DNA from: Nitrospirales bacterium
GTDB lineage: Bacteria > Nitrospirota > Nitrospiria > Nitrospirales > UBA8639
NCBI GenBank assembly: GCA_965203295.1
Contig: CBDBCZ010000018.1
Span: 1,696,001-1,760,000 of the forward strand
Reading direction: 5' to 3'
Length of the DNA stretch: 64,000 bases
This document shows positions 24,499 to 38,767 of the stretch, one piece after another; the stretch's first letter is position 1, and each line of letters opens with the position of its first letter. The notes beneath the pieces were generated by a model. The model did no database searches. It worked only from the letters and a program-made list of their open reading frames with translations, and was not told the origin of the DNA. The translations under genes and the position numbers were made by a program.

Positions 24499-26166
24499 GG
24501 CCACTACTAAACTTTATAGCCGTGGCTTATATATTTTTAGCCTGATTTGCATGCAAACTGGTCGATTTATAGGGCCTAGTAAATCACAATTTGCTTTGCC
24601 ACAAGAGCCAGTGCGCCTTTTATTACACAGCTACTACATTATGTATATACGATGACTACAATTGACAATGAATTTTACAAAGACAAAGGGTGAATAAAGT
24701 AATTTTATTGCCACTGATGTCATGTCTGTCGTGCTATTTATAGAACACATCATCACTCTAAGACAAGGAAACTGTGTTTTCTCAGGAGTAAACTTAAGTG
24801 TTAGGCTGTTAGCTGTTCTAATTGATACTGTTGGTGTTGCCACCCCCTCTCATGAGCTCCATGGATTCACTTGTTAGGCTACTAGTATAATAACTACGCT
24901 AAGTCCAGCCAAGTGAGACTAGGGAAATCATATGAATAGGGTGTCTGATATCTGTGCATAAATTTAGCCCTAACCCGTACTAGTTCACCCCATTTTAATC
25001 CCATAACCAGTACCCCTAACCATATTTAAATGTTGCAAGCAGAATGGATTCCAATGCCATCTACATTCTATTCCATGTGTATACCTTTACTTCAGTTGGT
25101 GTTCTCTTAATAATAGATTCCTGTTGGGGTTAGGTGAACAGGTAAAGTTGAGATGATGTTAAAGCAGCTACTAATGGAGAATAAAGAATAAGAAAGCTCA
25201 TGTGGGAGTGACAGTGAAAGTGTAGTGCACTGTATGACTTCATTCATAACAGTAACAATGCCACCACTCAATCTCGTGTCTGAGTCTGTTGTTTTTCTAC
25301 CTCAGGCAGACTCTACATCAAGTTGAGTCTGCATGAGGTAGAAAACTAGATCCACAAACCACCAAGTCATATTCACATGAAGTTGTGTTTAAGAGTGTTT
25401 AAGAAGAGGCTTTCCTCTATGCTGAAGCAGTTTTTTGAGGGGCGTGTACTTACGTAAGTATTGACAGGTATAGATTATTTCATTATTAATTACCTTCTGT
25501 ACATGGCTAACCATTCAGTTACAATAACTAGTAGCTTGCATGTAGTACGTACCTGTACCTGTAACTGCCTCTTTAGATATGTACTTTGAACTTTTGAATT
25601 ATGAAAAGTCATTTTACGTAAATGATGAGAAATCCTGTATATATCTCTTCCCTGACATGACTTACATTTTAATTAACAGGCAAGTCATATGGAACTAATT
25701 GAGTTACACGAGAGAAAAAGGCAATACAATCCCTACTCCCTACTTACAAGAACATGAACCCACTACATGTTTTAGAAGAGCAGCCAAACTAGCTAAATGG
25801 ATTCCAATATTCCAAAGAAGAAGTCTACTTTTAATTTTATACTTTGTTCTGCAGTAGATTCCTGTGGAAGGGAGGGAGGGGGGTAGGTGATCAGATACAG
25901 TAAACTTTAGAGCAGCTGCTAATACTCTGAAGAAGAATGAGGCAAATTAGATACTCTGTCTTTCTTGTGTTGCAGTCCAGTTGATCCAGTACCCTATGTG
26001 AAAGCCTCTCATTAATCATCGTAAAATGCTAACCGTAGTACTTTGTCTTATTTTTGCTAGTGTCAATGTGATGCTATACTTAAACTGTAGTGGCTACCAT
26101 TACTGTATATACTAACTGAAACTGCACAGCAAATTGTGCAAAGGTGTGATATGGATTCGCTCCTTA

Positions 26167-26540
26167 GAATTGTTTTTCAGAGCACCACAATGGGTTAGTT
26201 ATGAATAGAGTATGTCATAAGATTACAAGTTCAGCAGCTTCCTGTGGGGTAGAGCTATACCTTCCATCTGCACAATCAAAATATCTCTACAGCAAAAGCT
26301 GTAGAAAGAACACACCTCCTGTGAATTGTTTTTCAGAGCACCACAATGGGTTAGTTATGAATAGAGTATGTCATAAGATTACAAGTTCAGCAGCTTCCTG
26401 TGGGGTAGAGCTATACCTTCCATCTGTACAATCAAAATATCTCTACAGCAAAAGCTGTAGAAAGAACACACCTCCTGTGAATTGTTTTTCAGAGCACCAC
26501 AATGGGTTAGTTATGAATAGAGTATGTCATAAGATTACAA
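26167..26540 (+). repeat. 153-bp tandem repeat, ~2.4 units
   Basis: The unit starting gaattgtttttcagagcaccacaatggg recurs at 153-bp spacing and produces the repetitive ORF 26201..26659. Confidence 0.9.
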
Positions 26541-26854
26541 CCATAAGAAACAGCTTAAGGATAAACCTATCGCCTCGGGTAAACCGTCTAGCGGAGTATA
26601 TCTGCGTTTATACTCCTCGTAGACGTGGTATATCCGGCTTATACCAATCAGTGGAATAGGTACCTAGAAACGCTGGGCTAGCATTCCCAGAGGCAGCAGT
26701 TATTTACGATGTCATAATACATGAAAACATAAAAGTAGTATAATAAAACATAAACGTGTTATATGATCCTTTATACTCCGCTTCTGCTCCAATCAAACAC
26801 CTTGGATGTGATGTAATGTGGTATAAAGCACAAATATACTGGCATGATCTAGGT

Positions 26855-27000
26855 ATAGCTTAGAGCTTGGGCGGCTATGTTCTAACTAGGCCGAGGCGAA
26901 GCCGAGGTCTAGTTAAAACATAAAGCTGCCCATGCTCTGAGCCATTTAGTATATGCACATCTTCAGCTTCTTATGCTCTATGGGATTCTTACTATATTCT
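26855..27000. repeat. Dispersed ~145-bp repeat with internal hairpin (ccgaggcgaagccgagg core); second copy at ~45476-45620
   Basis: Near-identical 'tatagcttagagc..gggc.gctatgttctaactaggccgaggcgaagccgaggtctagtta...gggattcttactat' at both sites. Confidence 0.8.
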
Positions 27001-27742
27001 ATGAAAATTATTCCATACACTTGTTACTATAGTAACATGAACTAGTGAAAGCATTAGTCTACAATTCCAGGAAAAGGAAAACTGACTGTGTAAGTAATGA
27101 AAATTATTGCTTATGATCTCATGTGGGGTGACTCACACCATATGCCAAATCATAGTCACGCCACCAGGACTGCATGAAAATGTCACAGTTTGTAATTAGG
27201 GTGGATTTATCAAGCTCCTTCTTGAGCTTACATGTACATGTACTACAGTGTGTATTGCTGATCAACGTGCGATGAACGTTGTTAGATTAATTGCTAAGAA
27301 AATGAATTATGTATAAAAATGTTATCGGGCAGTTATCTATGGTAGAACAGCAAAATGTTCACATGCACTACAAGAAGCACACTGAGACTATGCAGAAACA
27401 GGAGGAACTGAGTTTAGTCAGAAGCTGTAGTAATACGTAATCAAACTAGCTGTAGACTTTCAGTATAACCACATACAATAAGTAATCATAAATGGCTGCA
27501 TATCACAATTGTACTTTACCATACAGTTAGTGTCAGTCATAGTAGAAATTACTAGAGCAGTTAACTATCAAAACCACAGCCTCTTTACTTCGTCAGCAAT
27601 TAAGTCACTTAGCCTGCTAAAATTTAATGGATTGAATTTAATTGGCCTGTTTTCAGCCCCTGACATCTCAAAATTCATTGCGTCAGAAATACTGGAATGG
27701 GTTCATTATACAATGAGTATCAAATATACCGACTGTACTCAC

Positions 27743-27811
27743 CCAGCATGCTCCATGGCTCTCCCAGCACTGGAACCGACGTCATTAGAGACGGCTTTGT
27801 CAGCCGCATAA
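27743..27811 (-). pseudogene. TRAPPC13: Duplicated TRAPPC13 VMRLTKP exon
   Basis: 69-nt exon identical to 31597-31529, with intact AG/GTGAG splice sites. Confidence 0.85.
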
Positions 27812-27822
27812 CTGTATACAGT

Positions 27823-27874
<52 letters not shown>

Positions 27875-28492
27875 GCGGTGGTGTAATAGTTAGAGCACTG
27901 GACTCACAACCCAAGGGTTGGTGGTTTGAATCCCACCGTGACTACTGGTGACTAAATATTCATTCGTTCAATTGTTGTGAATTACCATCTTATGTTTCCA
28001 GTACACACCAGCCCACCCAGCTGTAATGGGTACCTAGCATTTGCTGGGGTGCAAATTCAACTGACTGCTCTCATGTATCAGTTCCAGGAGTTTGCCAGCA
28101 CTGGCTCAGAGTGTTTGCTTCGTGCACAAGGTGGCAGTATAGGTGGCAGTACAGATGAGGCTGTAGTAGTATATAAAGTTGAGGAAATCAAGAGATTGGT
28201 ACTTTAAAAACCGCTATGAGGGTTTTGGAAGGCGTGCATGCGACTTCACAAACAAAAAGCATTTGAGGCCGTACCTAGCACTGGAAAGACAGTGGAGATA
28301 TCCTTTACAGGTGAATGTGACATAGATCAACGTCCAGATAATGTAAGTCACATATGAAGCTACATAACATACTTCTATGTTGATGTTCTCACCCACCCAT
28401 TCCCTTCAATGCATATACACTCTCTCATTACCTACATAGACAGTTATGTGTATCTCTTATAGCTTCGAATCAAGGCTACGTATATCTCTTAC

Positions 28493-31400
28493 CTGTGCTC
28501 TCCCAGTTCCTTTACTTCATGCGCTATGATTCGCTCTTCCCAGCTCCCTGGGTCCAGCTGGAAGGAGTCAATAGTTCCACCTGTACAATGTGAAGACGCA
28601 ACTACTATACACACTGCCAAGTTCAAGATAAGTGCTGCAGTGAGCAGTAACTATAGCAGCAATTAGCGATAGACATTTGTGACTTGTCCTGATAAGGAAT
28701 ATAAACGGAGCAGATCTGTATGGCCTTCAGACACAAAACTTCAGTACAGACTGAGTCAGCCATCTCCTATACCTATGCATTACATGCATAATTTGTCCTA
28801 ATATTGCTAGGGTCGCAACTAAGCCTTCCCACACCGATATTTTATGGTCATGAAAAAAAAACTGGCAATACGACACGACACTATGTAGCTTTAATTACTT
28901 GGTGACTGCAAGACCAGACAGAGATCATATACGTACATAGTTCTGTCTGTTACATGACATTTTGTACAGATGCTCACTCCTTGGCTCTGCTGCAACCTGC
29001 CTTAAAGATGGTTTCCTTCACCGGCTGTCGTTGTGCACGGTAACAAAGCCACTGAAATTTTCTCCCAGGTAGATCATCCTTGAACGGGGAGAGGGTAAGA
29101 AGGGTCAGCTTTCACAATCAGCAGCCAAAGGCAACTACATATACGTATATGTATATGCATGCACATGCTCCTGCAACTCACAGGCCGTAATCTCACAGCA
29201 ATACTGCAGTTTCTTGGCTGGACCTTCGCCATTCAAACATGGTGTTCTGGTGCTGTGCCGTATCATGTAGATGGCGGAGCTCCCTTCCAGAGCCATCCCT
29301 CGGGGGGGGGGGGGCAATTTCAACAATCTTCTTGACATGAGTTTGGTGGATGAGTCTGGGACGATCGTAGCGGGACCTCAAACATGTGACTGCTTCAGTG
29401 TATTGGTCTCCAGATCGGGACAGGCCCTCAATAACCCTTTTTGCTGTACCATCCTTGAGTGCGTGGCGGAGATACACCAGCTTCCCTGTGTCTGAAAGGC
29501 TCGTATGTTCATGAACGGCAATGCTAAATTGTTCCCAGAATGTCTGCCAGCTGAGGATGTTACCGTCAAAGGTGGGAACGTCAATCTTGGGCAATCCGAC
29601 TCCACTCGTTATTGTAGCAGGAGATTCTGTTGACGGATTAGGGATGACACCAGGTGTGAGAGTGAACAGTAACTTCTTGAGTTGCAGGCTGCAGTCGAAG
29701 ACATCCTTGTCCATGGCGTTCACGGAGGTTTCAACTTCTTCTGCTCGAAGGGAGAATGCAGTTTGACGAATTTCTCCAAGCTCCTGTTTGAAGTCGGATA
29801 ACTGCTCTTGATATTGGTGAAGCAGGTGGAGCTCTGCTGATTCTGGCATCAACGCAAGGACCGCAGTTTCAATCGCCGAGAGGTTGCTCTTCAGATAAGA
29901 CAATCTGCGTGATGCAGTTGAACAGGGACGCATGCTCTAAGTGGATTAACGATGCACAGAGTAGATAGGTGCACCAACTTCTCGTATCATTCCAATAGTA
30001 ATCATGAAGACTGAATAACTGAACAACTACTACACAGTGGCAAAAAGAGATATATATAGAAAAAAGGATAGTTCTAGAATGTTCCATACACAGGTGGCAC
30101 AAGAACAGGTGGCAAGGACAAGGGAAAATCAGGAGTCAGAAGTCTAAGTACAAGAGAAACAGGAAAGGAACTAAAGCATCTTTGAGCATGGTTACAACTA
30201 CAACATGAACAATGGCTAATCTTTGACATATCTCTAACAGACGTACATGTATGTACATGTGGATCAACAAATGTGACCTGCTGTGTAACAACCAGTACTT
30301 TCGAATAAGTCAATTTTATGATACGTAACTATGCACAAACTAACTGAAATGTGAGTAGTTTTATAGGTGGCATTGCTGCCATGACAATACATACCAATTT
30401 TAGTACGTAGGTATTGCCACACTATTGACCCAGACATGAATTTCCATGCCATAGAGTTTGCAGTATTTTCAATCGCGGCAATGCTATGAAAATGGCAGTG
30501 CTACATGTACGAAAAGCAACTTGTACTGTACCAATCCATTCTCACTACTGTTGATGACAATTGTCCAAGTGCTGGATTTTCACACAGCAGGTCACATATA
30601 ACTTCTCCACAGTAATAAGTGTACGTTACACAGGAGGAAAAGAAAATTATATATCCTTACATATCTCTCCTCAGAGTGTAGTTTAATCTTACTCGAAATT
30701 GTGTGGTAGTGCTAGCAGTTCCCCAGATGCAAAGGCTGGTAAACCACGAGGGGTCCTTATGTCCGCTTCCATTTCATCTTGCACTGCTGTACCTACATGT
30801 AAGTAAATGCACATGCACAGCAATGTAAAAAAACAAAGGTAAAATTTTATTAATGCGTCGTAATATGGTATAATGAGCCTCAGATGTATGCACATGTGGA
30901 AAACAAGTTAGAAACCTATCTTCAGAACTACATGACTGGCCGAGTAAGAGAGGCTAGTACTGAAAATGTCATAGTTTGTAATTAGGGTGGATTTATCAAG
31001 CTCCTTCTTGAGCTTACATGTACATGTACTACAGTGTGTATTGCTGATCAACGTGCGATGAACGCTGTTAGATTAATTGCTAAGTAAATGAATTATATAT
31101 AAAAATGTTATCTGGCAGTTATCTATGGTAGAACAGCAAAATGTTTACATGCACTGCAAGAAGCACACTGAGACTATGCAGAAACAGGAGGAACTGAGTT
31201 TAGTCAGAAGCTGTAGTAATACGTAATCAAACTAGCTGTAGACTTTCAGTATAACCACATACAATAAGTAATCATAAGTGGCTGCATATCACAATTGTAC
31301 TTTACCATACAGTTAGTGTCAGTCATAGTAGAAATTACTAGAGCAGTTAACTATCAACTACCACAGCCTCTTTACTTCGTCAGCAATTAAGTCACTTAGC

Positions 31401-31597
31401 CTGCTAAAATTTAATGGATTGAATTTAATTGGCCTGTTTTCAGCCCCTGACATCTCAAAATTCATTGCGTCAGAAATACTGGAATGGGTTCATTATACAA
31501 TGAGTATCAAATATACGACTGTACTCACCCAGCATGCTCCATGGCTCTCCCAGCACTGGAACCGACGTCATTAGAGACGGCTTTGTCAGCCGCATAA
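28493..31597 (-). pseudogene. TRAPPC13: TRAPPC13 (trafficking protein particle complex subunit 13) N-terminal exons, partial and disabled
   Basis: Phase-compatible exons: 31597-31529 VMRLTKPSLMTSVPV; 30792-30693 ...GELLALPHNFE; 29078-29001 MIYLGENFSGFVTVHNDS/(frameshift)QPVKETIFK. A further exon, 28580-28493, reads LDPGSWEERIIAHEVKELGEH. These match the TRAPPC13 motifs VMRLTKP, GEMLTLPQNFG, IFLGETFSSYISVHNDS and IHHEVKEIGTH. Confidence 0.88.
29230..29940 (-). mobile_element. BEL/Pao LTR retrotransposon gag fragment (DUF1759-like) inside a TRAPPC13 intron
   Basis: ORF 29193..29933: LPKIDVPTFDGNILSWQTFWEQF...KLVYLRHALKDGTAKRVIEGL...YTEAVTCLRSRYDRPRLI. No pol or LTRs seen. Confidence 0.88.
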
Positions 31598-31608
31598 CTG
31601 TATGCAGT

Positions 31609-32130
<522 letters not shown>

Positions 32131-32959
32131 GGTGTTCTAGTTTCACCGAACAGTGAGGACAAAGCTGATATGAGGTTTTGGGGGCCCAAGGCAAGCCTAA
32201 TGATTTTGCTATGCCCACGTGTGTGCATGTATGTTATGATAGATAAAGACAGTCACATGTGTTTGCAGGGGGTGTTTTGGAGTGCACCATGTGTGTGTAG
32301 TAGATGCAGTTTAATGCTTCTTTGTGCACACAGGTCTTTGTCTATACATATATGTACTGTCTTTATCAGATTTGAGTGATATAATCAGTAAGCTAAAGCT
32401 GATTTTAGCAGCTGAGATAGTATAGCTGTAGTCAGACCTATCATCAGATATATAATTTTAAAGCAGATTGAATTGGCCAATAAAACAAATGTCAGAAGTA
32501 ATTCATGGTGTAAACACTCACAGCCAGCAGCTCATTGGGATCAAACATTGACTCTTTCTTGTCTTCAGCTGCTTTCTTTTCTTCTTTCGCTCTGTAATGA
32601 GTCTGTAGGACAACAGGCAGACAGGCACACACGTTATCTAATAGGTAACTATTCTGTAGGTCCACACAAGTGGCCCACTACCACATGGAAACATCACTGT
32701 GGTCATGTACTTTGATTCTGCAAGAAACAATGCGAATGTAGCTAGGTCTACATGATATGTGAACTTAGTTACAGGAAATTACAAAAGTGATCGAGTGTCA
32801 GTGTAATAAATTGCCCTACTTGGTACCGTGTGATAAATATCTGTGTGATTTCTGTTGGTTGATCGACATGAAGACAGCACGTACATACCAAAACCTTCTA
32901 ACAACACTGTGTAAGTGATTAAGTTTTTTTCCTTTCACGATCACAATCTGTACATGTCT

Positions 32960-33875
32960 ATCCAATGAACCATTATTAACAAATTCAATCCACAAAAACT
33001 GTAACTTGCAACCCTTGGAATGTCTTTATCTCCCCCACTTCCGTGTGAATGTACCTGTATCAACCTCTATGGAAAACACCATAACAGCACTCTCCTTTAC
33101 AAAATTCCTGTACTACATTAATCAATGTTTGTAAGTCCTCAGTATTAGTAATTAAACCTACAAAATCATCAGCAAACACTAGACCCCCAACATATAACAT
33201 CAGTCTTAATAGTTGTGCCAATCCCAGCCTTTGTGATCTCATCTAACAACTGATTGGAAAATACATGCAGGATAGGAGACATATTACAACCCGTACCACC
33301 CGACCTATATTGAATGATTTGGATTTTAATCCCTCCAGTAAAACAGCACTCTGTGCTATGTCATACATAGTCTTAATAATTATCTCTCCACATCCTACCT
33401 CTATCACCAAGTTCCCGTAAGCCATTATGCCAAACTGTGACAAATGCTTTCTGAACATCTAACACGAAAGTGTAAGTGTGTTTTCCTTCCCTAATTGTGC
33501 CTTTTATGATTTCATTTCGAGATAAAATGATATCAAACCAACTCCTTTTGAAACTCTCTAAATCCTGCCTGACCCTCATGAAGAGCCCTTTCTGATTCTA
33601 ATCTGATTACTAAGCGGTTATTTAGAATCTTGCAAAACCTACCACATTTAATAGTGCAATGCCTCTGTAATTACCCGGGTCCTCAGCATCACCTTTTTTA
33701 TACAAGTTAACAATTGACCCTTGTCTGCGGAATAGTCTCCTCTGTCCAAACTACTTCATATAAACTTTCAACAGATTAGACATTCCTTCGCCACCGTACT
33801 TAAAAAGCTCCCCAACTAGCCCATCATTACCTTCTGCTTTTTATTCTTTAGGCTTTTAGAACATCTTTTAATTTC
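32960..33875 (-). mobile_element. LINE RT relic of the same family as 15266-17045
   Basis: ORFs contain LDVQKAFVTVWHNGL and GGLVFADDFVG; nucleotide similarity to 15280-15985. Smaller fragments at ~33880-34540, ~37290-37500 and ~44880-45348. Confidence 0.88.
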
Positions 33876-34989
33876 TGCTTAGCTACCAACCTTGACTATT
33901 CCAGCTTATAGTATTCTCTATACCTCAAAGCTTCATCTACTATCTCAGTAATCTTCAGTACCTCTACACAGTTTCATTTCCCACTCTTGACTCTATATAC
34001 GTAACCACCACTTAAGTTTGCACTTATTCCTCCTGCCTTTCAAAGATTCTACCCCTATATCTTCCTTTATTGTTTCATTGCATATTTATTTGAATTTTTA
34101 GAAGAGCAGCCAAGTATCTTTTAGCTGCTCCTACGTAGCTGAATAGATTCTAAAGAAGCTGTCTCCATATTAAGCCAACACTTCACTACCATACTCTATA
34201 AAGTGGGGCAAAGTAACAAAATTAACACTCCAACTGTATTGATATTTCTAAGTTTTTGCTTTCCACTTTTAATTACCCTCTGTACATTATTGTATCATGA
34301 CCATTATTGACAATTCAATGCCCAAATAACAGCAACTTGCAACCCTTTTATCTCCCCACTTCCATGTACATGTACCTGAACAATTAACCTCTCTAGAAAA
34401 AATAATAAGGGCACTCTTTTTTAATGTTAGACTTTAACCTTACCTCAGAAGTAGTAATTACATTAGACCCCCACTCTTATTAACATCATACTTAATAGTT
34501 ATTCCAATCCCAGCTTTATCTAATTGATAGATAAATACAAGTCTATCCATACAGTTCTATATAAACACGTGTTTAGAACCCACATACATGCAAGCCCTCG
34601 GTGGCAATGGAGTGTTTGACTCTATTAAAAATGGTGGGCCTTACCCTGTTAAATAAGAAAGAGAGGAGAGTAGAAACCGCTTTTGGTATAACTATCAGGT
34701 ATCCAAATATAAAGGGCGGATTTAGCGATTGTTAAACCCTGTAAATCGCTAGATTGATATTTATTTCATTGTACAGACGACAGACAGACAGACAGACAGA
34801 CAAACAGAGCCAATTGCTTAACCTTGCCGCATATGCATGGGGTAAAAATGGAAAATAGAATAGGTGACATTCTACGTACAACCCTGTTCCACCCCTGGCC
34901 TATATCTGATTTTTCTCCATCCAAGGCCAGAAATGTGGCTTATGGTTTATGTTATGGTTAGGAGTAGGTGGGCCTTACCCTGAGCATGC

Positions 34990-37790
34990 AAACTTAAGGT
35001 TCTGTGATGTGCCAGTGAATATGTATGGTCATAGGAGGGCATCTACATAATTACAAAGAGAAACTGAGCTAAAAAAGTCAGCTGCCACATGAATACAGCT
35101 ACATGGTAAGAGCAGAACAAACAAGAGCATATACGTACAAAGAAAGTGACAAGGGTACAGTGAAATGTCTAGTTCGCAGCTTTTGAATCAAACAGACGAC
35201 TGGTCAAACGTACAATTTAATAACTTCCACACTATAGATCTATGTGTGCATTTTAATAGATCAATAATTATAACATGCCAAGTTCATGGAAACAGGAGGG
35301 GCACCTTAACCCTAGAACAGTAGCTACACAATCATGCCACTCACATGCCAGTTTGATGTAGCTTCCTGACTGCAACAGATTGCATTTATGTCAGTACAGA
35401 AATTTGAAATAGCACTGACCTGTGTGGTAGAGGTTTGCAAAGCTCAAGTGTAACAGATTGTAATGGGCAAAGGAGTGTTTCTTATATGAAAGGCCTTGCA
35501 ATTGAAAACATACAACTGTAGAATATTCATAGCGTCTGGTTCACTAAAGTAGTTTCACAAGCTAGCCCACTTACATTCTACAGCATCCATCACTTACAGT
35601 ATTGGCATGTGGAAGAGACATGTGCTGATAGCCTGATGCTGACACTCTTCCACATGCCATGCTGATACTGAAAGTAATGGTTTGATTCTGTGACTACTAC
35701 TGAAGTTACCAAGTGCCCTTAACAGAGACAAGAAAAGTACAAGTGTAGGCCAGAGCAAGTTGTCACCCCACCCCACCCATGCCCCACAGCCCATGCACAG
35801 GTGACACTCAATCTACTTCCACAACAAATGTACACTTGTTTACACAACTGTGTGAACAAACAAATATAACTAGGAGGTAAGATGCAAAAAGCCTTGTGTC
35901 AAAGTACCATTTGGTAAGTGTTCTACAAATACCTGTCCAATCTTACTAATGCATTTCTTCTGATTTGAAAGCATGTCCACTTATGTAAGAGGGTCAATGC
36001 TCTGTAAGTATACAAACATACTATCATAAGTAAAGTACAAAGAACTGAAACACTGACAGCTATTTGGGCTTTGTCAGTGCAGTGATGGTGTGTGTAGCAC
36101 CTAGAGCTGACCAGCAGCTACATACAGCTCTTAATTTGACTCACACCAGGAAAGCCTCTATGAATTAAAAGTGAACTAAGGCTCTACTGTAGTTTAGCTT
36201 TTCTCTGGTCTCCTAATCCTTCAATTACAATAGAAAACTACTGATAAACATAATTTGCTAAATCAACCCAAAAAGTTAGCAACACCCAACAGCCAGACAC
36301 TGAAGCCAGACACACTAATTTTCTCCAGCCCAGTTGCCAGGGTAGGCTAAGGTTCCCCAGTGGTTATTGATAATGACAAGATCATCATTGCAGGACATGT
36401 CCAACTACCTCTGTGATTGCACATCAACATGACTGTTTTCCAAAAGTGCATTTATATATAATATATAAACTATTATATGCACTCATGCTGTTGACAGATA
36501 TTGGTATTGTCATTACCACGGATCAGCAGCTGTTTGATAGAGATTCCTTCAGACCCAGTTACTCACTTATTGGTTCAATAAAGTGACACCTGTTAATTCC
36601 AAGTTTCAGCTAACTGTGAGACATGATCCAGCATTGTTCTCAGCTGCTGGTCGACACTAGCTACCAGGAATCCAATACCTGATTCTGTGAAAGTGTTTAG
36701 CCAACTACGTACATTGTATACTATTGCACCTACGAACAAACTGGTGTGCTTTATTTTTACATTTCAAAAGGACTTACTCTTCCTCTTTATTTTCAAGCTT
36801 GTTGAGATTAAAAGCTTCAAAACCCGCAGCAGGGTCAAACTTTACAACTTCTGAGTACATTTGACATGTAGTGGTGTTCTGGATCTGAACTTTAAGAAGA
36901 ATATCATCCTGCGTGGTTTATAATGCAGTTCATTATTCACAAGCCATCAACTACGTACTATTACGTTGATGTTCTCACCCACCCATTCCCATCAATGCAC
37001 AACTCCCTTGGTCCAGCTCCCTGGATATTGGGGGTATCGTCAAATATACTGGGAAGGAGTCAATAGTTCCACCTGTACAATGTGAAGACACAGCTACTGT
37101 ACACACTGCCAAGTTCAAGATAAGTGCTGCAGTTAGCAGTAACAATAGCAGCAATTAGCGATAGACATTTGTGACTTTCCTGATAAGGAATATAAACGGA
37201 GCTGATCTGCTTGGCTGAGTCAGCCATCTCCTATGCTTATGCATTACATGCATAACTTGTCCTAATATCGCTAGGGTCAAAATAGCTTTCCGACCACATT
37301 CAATAGTGTAATGCCTCTGTAATTACCTGGGTCCTCACATCACCTTTCTATAAAAGCTAATAATCAACCCTTGTCTCTGATGTTTGGAAATACTCTCCCT
37401 TATCCAAACTACCTCATACAAGACTATCAACAGATTAGCCATTCTTTTCTCCCCATACTTAAAAAACTCCCCTCATTACCTCCCGTTTTATTACTTTTAA
37501 GAACACCTTTTGAGCATTCAAACTTAAGGTTCTGTGATGTGCTAGTGAATATGTATGGTCATAAGAGGGTATGTACATACATTTACAAAGAGAAACTGAG
37601 CTAAACAAGTCAGTTGCCACATGATTACAGGTACGTACATGCTAAGAGCTGGACAAACAAGAGCATATACGTACGAAGAAAGTGACAAGGGTATAGTGAA
37701 ATGTCAAGTTCGCAGTTTTTGAATCAAACAGACGACTGGTCAAACGTACAATTTAATAACTTCCACACGATGTATGTGTGCATTTTAATA
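34990..37790. repeat. ~270-bp direct duplication (34990-35260 / 37518-37790)
   Basis: Shared 'aaacttaaggttctgtgatgtgc.agtgaatatgtatggtcata...caaacgtacaatttaataacttccacac'. Confidence 0.85.
36778..37278 (-). pseudogene. TRAPPC13: Second TRAPPC13 fragment: disrupted copy of the HEVKE-exon region plus a mid-gene exon (36908-36778)
   Basis: Exon 36908-36778 (AG/GTAAG) reads DDILLKVQIQNTTTCQMYSEVVKFDPAAGFEAFNLN, matching TRAPPC13 [26 protein letters not shown]. The stretch ~37050-37278 duplicates ~28560-28815. Confidence 0.8.
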
Positions 37791-38746
37791 CATGAGTATG
37801 CTGTTTAGTAATTATAAACCAACAAGTCACCCATAGAGGTGGTCTTTCAAGAGTTCCAGTGTTACTCTAAGCTTTTGTTGGGCTACATTGGGATACACAC
37901 AAGCTGCAAAGCAACAGACCTACATTTGCATAGTTCTAGTCACTTGGAAGGCACCACCACAGTGTACAAACTCCATCTACTTTGGCAGTGCCTTTCAAGC
38001 CAGGGTATACACATCCATATACCCTAGGGTACATGAGGGTTGCTGGGCAACTGTGATAGACTGTTCTACAAACTGTGAAACAATTAGCTGGCAAACCAGT
38101 TCATATGGGAAAAGTAAGCTGTAGACTACTTCTTATTACATTCAGTAGAGTTATTCTAAGGTAGCTGCATGTTCAAAATGTAATAAATTGTTCCCCTTTT
38201 TTGCAAAAACTACAAAAGTGACCCATAGCACTACACAAGTCCACATACAAAGCACCAAGCCAGAGCAACTATTTAATGCAGAAATCACCCAAACACCAGC
38301 TCATGTGGGAAATACAAACTGTAGAATGCTTCCTATTACATAGAGTAGAGTCAATCCAAGGTAATTGCACGTTAGTAATTAAACAAAGTGTTTCCTTTTC
38401 CGCAAAAGCTACAAAAGTGACTCATAGTACTACACGTTTCCATAGTAAGCACCAAACTAGAGCAAGCATATAATGCAATCTCTGGTTTTGGTAGTTACAT
38501 GCACTTGCTAGTTAATAGAAATATTATATATTATATCTATTGTTATTCGGAACAACTGGAATCAAGATAGCCAGGATCATAAGGCAACGTTACATGTATT
38601 TTATTACGATGTATATTCTGACTTGTATTACTATAATTACACGTCATTCCTGCAATTTTTCTTTACGATTAATTACTAAACTTATGCAAGACAATTATGA
38701 GGAATCTGACAAACGTTTTGCAAGGTTCTTACACCAGATCTTGCAG

Positions 38747-38767
38747 TAGTCTCGATACGCGAGGCTA
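38747..38767. mobile_element. 21-bp TAG...CTA micro-insertion with perfect 9-bp TSD (ATCTTGCAG)
   Basis: ATCTTGCAG|TAGTCTCGATACGCGAGGCTA|ATCTTGCAG. Confidence 0.75.

Noticed and set aside
26201..26659. 152-aa ORF with internal repeats
   Set aside because: Explained by a 153-bp tandem repeat whose length is a multiple of 3; no protein motif.
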